Source: Sporopachydermia quercuum
Lineage: Eukaryota
Assembly: GCA_001599295.1 (NCBI GenBank)
Contig: BCGN01000008.1
Coordinates: forward strand, 1,116,001-1,180,000
Length of the DNA: 64,000 nt
Direction of reading: 5' to 3'
The notes beneath the pieces are model-generated. The model was not told the origin of the DNA, made no database searches, and saw nothing but the letters and a program-made list of their open reading frames with translations. Below are positions 56,976-64,000 of this stretch, in pieces (within the stretch, counting starts at the first letter, position 1; each line of letters begins with the position of its first letter). A program made the translations under genes and the position numbers.

Positions 56976-59757
56976 TGTTCCGTTCCGAAGTTCAGTAATA
57001 TGATGGTATGTGATGACTTTAACAACACCTTATCCTGGCACGTGAAAAAACAATATCAGGAGTACTTCTGCTGTCAAGTTGATTAAACTGTCCAGTCACA
57101 GAATAGTAAAACAATGTAGTTAAATAAAGGGTAAGTATGATAAAAAAATTTTGAAAAAATTGAAATTCGTGCGGTAGCGAGGGTGCGCATTTTTCATAGA
57201 GAATAGATGATGTAAAGAAGGAAAGGGTAGGCACCTGAGACCAAGTGAAAAGTTGTGAATGAGGAAATGAAATGTTGCCCGGAATAACTTGGGAATTAAG
57301 GTTCTAAATAAGGTTAAGTTCAATGTTATGAGAACTTTATTAGTTTCTCAATGTACGGAACTCGGAATATTAAGAAGTTGTTTTTTCAAGCAATATATGA
57401 TATCGATTTACTGGTTGATAAAAATAAAGAGATGAAAGGCATTACGATAGAATTGGTGTATATATAATCGATCAATAGATAGAAAGATTATATTATTTGT
57501 GTAGTGTGTGGATAATAGTATCACAGTGTTGGTTCAATCTTTGGAATTGGATACTCGTAATTATGACTAATGCGTTAGATGAAGTAATAAGGGTAAGAAT
57601 GCATGTATACCTCATGCTTAATACTTTGAGTTTATCCAGATGAGGCCTGATTTGATGGATTTGTCTTCTCGGCACTCAATTCATAGTACTCGAACATAAG
57701 CTATTTAATCATCCATTACACTTGTTATAGTTGTTAGAAGGATTGCCAAAACAACATAATTCCATCCAACACAACCATCTTGATTATACACTAGTAATCT
57801 TAGGATTTAAATTTTGGAGTTAAGATTTGGCTAAACCTTTACAACCTTTTCATGTTCTTCCCAAAAGAGAGGAGAGATAATGATGGAAATCTCGGATTAA
57901 TAAATAATTGTTGAAAAAACAAGACAGATAAATCTGAATGCAACCTTGTTCCTTTGGTTAAAAAGGAGGTAATAATTATTAGTTTTATCATGCGATTCAG
58001 TTGTACATAGGAATTCTATAAGAAAAATGAAATGTGAGACTGCTCGTGGTTACTAAAACTATGGCAATGAATAAGTGTACGTACATATACAACTGGTATT
58101 TTATTCTTACATTATTCTGCGTTATGCAAAAGAGATCAATGATTGAACAGATTTATTCCCAAGCTTCGGTTTTTTTTTTAACTCATTTGTGGTTGAATAA
58201 GTATTTCCGATGCTAGTGATAAATGCTACTACTGTTCTTAACATAGTTTGCATTTCATTGGCGCTATAGTTGATTGTGAAAGATTAGTAGGAACGGTTTG
58301 AGCAGATTGTATGTTAATTATTGGTAGTAGTTTTCTCTAAAACTATGAAATTCGTATTTCATCTCTTCTGGTATACTGGTGCAAGGGGCATTCTTGAATA
58401 TTCAATAATATATAGTTAAGAGAACTGATATAATCATTCAAAATACGGCTTTCTATCCATAGATAACTGTTCTTCAGCATTGACATTTCTTTGATAGGTA
58501 AATCACCTTTAACTATATACATGAATCTGCTAGGAAAAACCAAGTGTTGAGCACAGCTCGAGCATCCATCTATTCAATATGATGTCTGTTGAACAAGAAT
58601 TTGCTTCTCGGAATATCCCAATTAACGTTCAACTAGTATATGCACAATCATGAACTTAATTCAACTTTAAGTTTCTTGTTGCGTCTCATACTCACAATCT
58701 TCAGTTTACTACTCCATCTGTTACCGGTAAATTTGACTACTTGAAAGAGAATCCAAAGTTGGAACTAGGGTCAATACTTTCTTCGTATGATATGAAGTAG
58801 GTAAGATAATGAAAATTAGCTTGCGAGTAAAGTATTCTCCTACTTCAGCCCTGGTTGTAGTTACAGTCAGCATATATGCAGAATAAGTGAGCCACTTGCT
58901 TCCTGATAATCATTACCTTTCCGTGAAACTCAGCCTTGATTTCAATAGTTTGGCATATCCTTTGAATTTATAAAATGAGACAAGGTGGCTATTATATCTG
59001 AAGACAAGCATAGTGTATGAAATGTGGAATCATGCAACTGCAGTTATATACCGGTTCAGTTCAAAGCAGTCAAAAACAACAGTGAATTTGATTTACTTAA
59101 TGCTGCCACGCAATTGCTAATCCATATTTTCTTTTCTATCATAATTATGTGTTGATTGATATATAAAAAGTCTATCGATGTCATACTTCGCCAGCAGCCT
59201 GGAGTCAAATTGTTTATTCTTCTCTTTCTCCCTGGTGGAGTTGCTTCTACGCAGGGTGTGTAAATAAAGTCCAAACCTCCGGAAAAACATGTCATCAAAG
59301 CTGAGCTCCTTTTGTAATAACGTGATCATCGAACTTTGTATTTTCAATTAATCATTACGTGATATTAAAATGCTTTTTATTCCCATAATATTCTCCGGTT
59401 TTCTTTAATTACGGAAATTATTACTTTTTCTTCTTCCCGCCTTGGTTAAAAAAAAAGGCACAAAGTCTCACCAATTTGTACTGCGTTCAAACAGACAGAA
59501 TTCAGAACATGAACAGGATCAGCAATAAGATAATATATATTTATGTGTTGATAATACATCATCCTTTTGAGGGGTCAAAGCGTTAGATTTTTGTTGTTTT
59601 ATTTGCATTGGAAAAGTTGTGTTCTTGGTTATGCTGCACCGTTAAATGTATCACCCTGTGCCTTCCTATCTCTGACTCCTTCACTCAGTTTCATCTCCAA
59701 GTTAGCTTCTTTTGTCATTCTCCTCTGGTTATAAATCTACTGTACAATACGCGCATC

Positions 59758-60759
59758 ATGTTCCGAAAGCAATCACAGGAAGCAATAGAGAGGATCAAAT
59801 CACATTGCAGAAACGATATATCGTTATGGAATACGTTACCCTTAAGAAGACGATCCGCTGTGCTAGTTCTTCTGTTCTATGGTAAGCTTGGTGAGCTAAG
59901 AGTTCTCCTATCAGTAAGATCGCGAAAATTATCTTCATTCCCAGGTCATGTAGCTTTTCCTGGAGGTAAATCTGATCCAAATGAATCTCCGTTTGATACA
60001 GCGAGAAGAGAAACATTTGAAGAGATTGGATTGCCAATTAATTCATCTGATCTACCGAAAAATGTATCAATTGATCATCTCGGCATCTCCGCTGACTATA
60101 TGAGCCGGAATTTGTTATGTGTCGATCCATGCGTTGCCTTTCTTACTGTTAAAGACCCTCTTGACGTCGAGGAACTCATCAAGTTCAAATTAAACAGAGA
60201 GGAAACAAGTACTCTTTTTTCTCTGCCTTTAAAGCTATTTCTCACTGGTAATAACTTGTCAAAGTATAAAAGAAGTATTCCAATTGATGAGGAGACCANG
60301 CAACAATTTGAGCTCCAGAAATTCAAAGACGTTAAGTATAAAGGCTTTGAAACTGATTGGGGTGGTGTTCCTTATGTTGTTTATAATTTCGGTGTTATCA
60401 CACGAGCTGAGGATGAAGTTGAATGGTTACAAAATATTGTGGATTATTCTGGTACTGACTCGGACTCTGATAATAGTATTAAGAATTCGCTGCTTCGGTC
60501 TGGAAAGTATCATAACTGTTGGGGTCTGACAGCAAGTATACTAGTTGATTTGGCTAAAATTGCATATAACAGGCCTCCATATTTACCAAAGTTCAATCCT
60601 CAGATTGGTGATTCTGAGTTAATAAGATCATTAGTTGAGCATGGTGAAATGAAAGAGGATAGAAAGTCATGGGAGAAGGAAGGTAATTTCAGTGGAGTGT
60701 TGCCGTCTGATGTAATAAAATCCATTTGGTTGAATAGACAGCATAGTAAGGAGCCATAG
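59758..60759 (+). CDS. PCD1: Nudix CoA diphosphatase (Pcd1/NUDT7 family)
   Basis: RRSAVLVLLF, CoA motif LLSVRSRKLSSFPGHVAFPGG, Nudix box GGKSDPNESPFDTARRETFEEIGL, and WGLTA. First in-frame ATG is 59758; one ambiguous base (n) at 60299. Confidence 0.9.
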   Translation: MFRKQSQEAIERIKSHCRNDISLWNTLPLRRRSAVLVLLFYGKLGELRVLLSVRSRKLSSFPGHVAFPGGKSDPNESPFDTARRETFEEIGLPINSSDLPKNVSIDHLGISADYMSRNLLCVDPCVAFLTVKDPLDVEELIKFKLNREETSTLFSLPLKLFLTGNNLSKYKRSIPIDEETXQQFELQKFKDVKYKGFETDWGGVPYVVYNFGVITRAEDEVEWLQNIVDYSGTDSDSDNSIKNSLLRSGKYHNCWGLTASILVDLAKIAYNRPPYLPKFNPQIGDSELIRSLVEHGEMKEDRKSWEKEGNFSGVLPSDVIKSIWLNRQHSKEP

Positions 60760-61377
60760 GTGATGATAATTACATGTACTTATTTTGGTATTGAGTGATT
60801 GAATGTAGAATGATTGAGTATAAGCTAGATTATCATTGGATTTTACTAGTATTCCATATAGTCATATAATCTACAAGATAGACCCTCAATTAGCATTGTT
60901 GATAGAGTTATCAAACAGTTACTCTATTATTTATTTACTTTATTGTTTGATTGCTAAGCATAAACAAATGTGAATAACAAGTGAAAATGAAGGATCAACG
61001 TAAATAATTGACAGGTTCTTTACTGAACTCAATTTAAGGATTCATCTGTTCTATACATTTTCTCATTTCAGTCTATGAGTACCATATGGTTCTAATGATT
61101 CAATAGAAAACCTATAATTTAATAAAATTCTAACTGGCCTGCAAAAAAGATTCATTTTAATTATCATAATTCATTCTAACGACGGAATACAAGAAATGGA
61201 GCATAGGATAGCGTAATTTGTCTTTTCTTATCTTTCTTTTCTCTCTTCTCTTTATCTCGTTTCTACGTAATGGACACATCACAGAACTACTATATTACAT
61301 ATAAAATGTAATTGAACCATTATCCACTATCAATTAAACTAAACACTACTAAAGACTCTATAAAATTCACATGATCG

Positions 61378-63213
61378 CTAATATTTTCCCCAGTCTACTA
61401 GTCTTTTAATGAAAGGCACAAGACCTGGTTGTAACACTTTTTCATATTTTGCAATCTCCTCTTGACTCAGTTTGATATCGTTTGTTATGTCAACATCCTC
61501 AGCGTCATCTTCATTGACCTTTTCCTCCTCCTTATCTTCATCTTTTCCTTTTTCCTGTTCTTTTGTTCTTAAAAACTGTAGATACTCTCGTTCATCTATT
61601 AGAGCTATTCGAGTGTCTCTCCGAACATTATATTCTCTTAATAACCATAAGAAGATTGCTGAAACAAAGAAGCAACAACCAGAATATATCTGAGCGTATA
61701 TAAACTGGGTATTTGATACTTGTGACTTCTTGAGCTCTAAAGCAATTACTTCAGACACAATTAGAGGTATACCTGACGAAATACTGACAAAAGCAAATGC
61801 ACTTGGTAATCTCTTCAATCCACTAGCGTCGGCTGTTAATGGAGCATAGCTAACCCATCCAACCCCCATAGTGAGACCTGATACTAAACCAAAACCTATC
61901 AACCCTCCATAGTTTCTTAAAGGTATCCAATAAGCAAATGTGATCAAAGCATTGAACATTGTAGCTAGTAATGTAATATTGATTCTGCCAAATGCGTCAC
62001 AACTGAATCCCAACGATGGCCTTCCTATTGTTTGTCCTGCGCTTTGGATAGCCATGACAATAGCACCCTGCTGAGAGGTAAGGCCAATTGATTTAGCAAA
62101 CGTTGATAGCGAAAACAACAATACAATGAAACCACCAAGAGAACAAACTTGCCAAAATATTATCAGCATCAATGGATAGCTAAGTAGGGCTTTAGGGTCA
62201 AATATCCTTCTACTGGGCTGAACTAAATGATTTCTGCTTCTAACTAATGTACCTGTGATAATACAAAGTGTTACTGACATAATTGCCATCGTTCTTAAGG
62301 CCCAGTGCACTCCATACAAAGAAATCATCTTTTGGCAAACTAAAGAATACGTCAAACCACCGGCTCCTGAGCCTCCTGCTGAAATACCGTTAGCTTTACT
62401 TCTGTTCTTTTGAAACCACTGAGGAATAACTGACACACTCGGTAAATATATGAAGCCAACACCAATTCCAAATGCTACTCCTTGAGATAAAAACAATTGC
62501 CAGATTCTCGTTGCATAACTAGCACCAAATAGCCCAGCAAATTGAAATGCGCAACCCAGATAGATACATTGTTTGGTGCCTAATTTTTCTATAGCCTTAG
62601 TAACGAAAGGAGCAATAATCTGAGGTAAGCCGTTGGATAAACCTCCTACTAGGGCATATTCTATTGGGGTTGCTTCAGAAAAGTGATTCGTAGATAAGTA
62701 GAAGGCTAGGAAAACACCATAACTAGCTGCAGCACCCCAAGTGTTGAAATTGAGCATGAACTGAGCAAATACGCATACCCATCCATAGCCACCATCTGGA
62801 GGTTTCGCATCATCGTCAAGAACTTCGACTCCATTGACAAAACCTGCACTGGAGGCCCTTATTGTATTTCTTGCTTTCGCGCTTCCATCTTCTGTGTTAT
62901 TTTCTTCGATTACATCAAATTGCTCCGATGATTGCTTTCTTATCATATTACCGGTACTTTCTCTGGTTAGTCTTCTTGATAATTGTAGTTCCAGCTGTAA
63001 TTCTTGCTCGTCGGAAAGAATAATGCCGTCGTTGGCGATAATGATATTTTGGTTTGCTTCTTCCTCGTTTTCAACATAGTGCATAGGATTGTTTACATGA
63101 TGTGTCCATTTGAATGAATGTGATCTATGAGCTTCATGCGGGGACTGAGAATCAGGAATAGAGATAGGTGGATCCTCACTATCAGGCGTCTGGTTATCGG
63201 TTTCCTTCGTCAT
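61378..63213 (-). CDS. MFS monocarboxylate-transporter homolog (Mch2/Esbp6 type)
   Basis: PPDGGYGWVCV, TWGAAASYGVFLAFYL, IPQWFQKNRSKANGI.AGGSGAGG and GRP..G..DAFGRIN; about 12 hydrophobic segments. Confidence 0.9.
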   Translation of the reverse strand: MTKETDNQTPDSEDPPISIPDSQSPHEAHRSHSFKWTHHVNNPMHYVENEEEANQNIIIANDGIILSDEQELQLELQLSRRLTRESTGNMIRKQSSEQFDVIEENNTEDGSAKARNTIRASSAGFVNGVEVLDDDAKPPDGGYGWVCVFAQFMLNFNTWGAAASYGVFLAFYLSTNHFSEATPIEYALVGGLSNGLPQIIAPFVTKAIEKLGTKQCIYLGCAFQFAGLFGASYATRIWQLFLSQGVAFGIGVGFIYLPSVSVIPQWFQKNRSKANGISAGGSGAGGLTYSLVCQKMISLYGVHWALRTMAIMSVTLCIITGTLVRSRNHLVQPSRRIFDPKALLSYPLMLIIFWQVCSLGGFIVLLFSLSTFAKSIGLTSQQGAIVMAIQSAGQTIGRPSLGFSCDAFGRINITLLATMFNALITFAYWIPLRNYGGLIGFGLVSGLTMGVGWVSYAPLTADASGLKRLPSAFAFVSISSGIPLIVSEVIALELKKSQVSNTQFIYAQIYSGCCFFVSAIFLWLLREYNVRRDTRIALIDEREYLQFLRTKEQEKGKDEDKEEEKVNEDDAEDVDITNDIKLSQEEIAKYEKVLQPGLVPFIKRLVDWGKY

Positions 63214-63731
63214 TTTGAAAGCCTGTTATGAGATGATATTAAAAAAATATAGGAAGACTAATAGCTGTAGTTCTGCCTATAATTATGTAAATGCAATTGT
63301 AGATGCTGGTGTAGTATTGAGCATGCTAAATCTAGTGGTTGGACCCATCAGATGAACATGGATAATTTCTGTGTGTTCCAGGAGAATCAAACTTTTATGT
63401 ACTGCGTGCTAACAGTCAAAATGTTCTACTATCCTAGTTTCAAAACTTATTGAAGATTGTAGATAATATATGATAAAAAGTTATACCATATTACCACTAA
63501 CTATTGTCTATTGATTCTCTTCTGCCTAGTTTACAAAGATGAGCTGGATCCGACACTTTTGGGCGATATTGTGAAAGAAAAAAAAATGCACAGACGGAAA
63601 CGCAGATATTATCCAAAGCTCAATTAATCACAAATTTGTTATAAATTTTCTCTTACCTTCCCTTCTTCTATTGCTAGAAGGTAAATGAAAAGAATAGAGG
63701 TTTTTTTGGATAATAGTCATAAAAATAAGGT

Positions 63732-63751
63732 TACGGTGAAATATCACCGTA
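63732..63751. promoter_or_regulatory. Palindromic CGG-N10-CCG element, putative Zn2Cys6 (Put3-spacing) binding site
   Basis: TACGGTGA-AATA-TCACCGTA is a perfect 8-bp inverted repeat about 520 bp upstream of the MFS gene ATG. Confidence 0.45.
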
Positions 63752-64000
63752 TTTGGTGTTTTGCCGCGGTTTCTAGGATTAAGGTTGATACCGTTATGCC
63801 AGTACAGGAAAGAAGCTTTAGAGTTAAGCCTATATGAGGGTATGAACTGGAACTGGTCGAGGGTTGTTCTGATAGAAATGTTGTACCAGAGTGCGGTTAC
63901 TATTAGGTTTTACAGGCATAAAAACAGTAAATCAAACCCTTATGGTTCTGTTGTTTTCAAAGAATTGAATGTGTGATTTCTGCTTTTCCTTTTAGATATT

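Noticed and set aside
59056..59298. 80-aa ORF containing CFSGGLD, resembling a PP-loop (SGGxDS)
   Set aside because: Lacks the final Ser, is too short and has no other family features; likely chance.

Overview
AT-rich eukaryotic DNA from a budding-yeast-like fungus (Saccharomycotina-like; the species cannot be identified from this window). It holds about 17 protein-coding genes and one intronless tRNA-Ile(AAT). Two genes have short spliceosomal introns with GTAAGT donors, which the ORF track splits. CTG sits at conserved Leu positions, so the standard genetic code appears to apply. Recognisable genes: DUG1 (3' part only), SDT1, a ketopantoate-reductase-family gene, TOK1, MRP51, ARO8-like, TRS85, EMP70, GIS2-like, TMS1, UBP7-like, BOR1, LAA1/HEATR5, GUT2, PCD1 and an MCH2/ESBP6-type MFS transporter. 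All product calls come from motif recognition by eye, not database searches. Most interesting: (1) an intact stand-alone Ty3/gypsy-like Gag capsid ORF about 0.5 kb upstream of the tRNA gene, with no visible nucleocapsid, pol or LTRs, a candidate domesticated capsid; (2) a seven-knuckle GIS2/CNBP-like gene with a 113-aa low-complexity linker, downstream of an ~8 kb gene-free region; (3) a 1037-aa orphan with clustered SIM-like motifs and a possible Nse6/Kre29-like layout; (4) a local GC/CGGA-rich island over TRS85.
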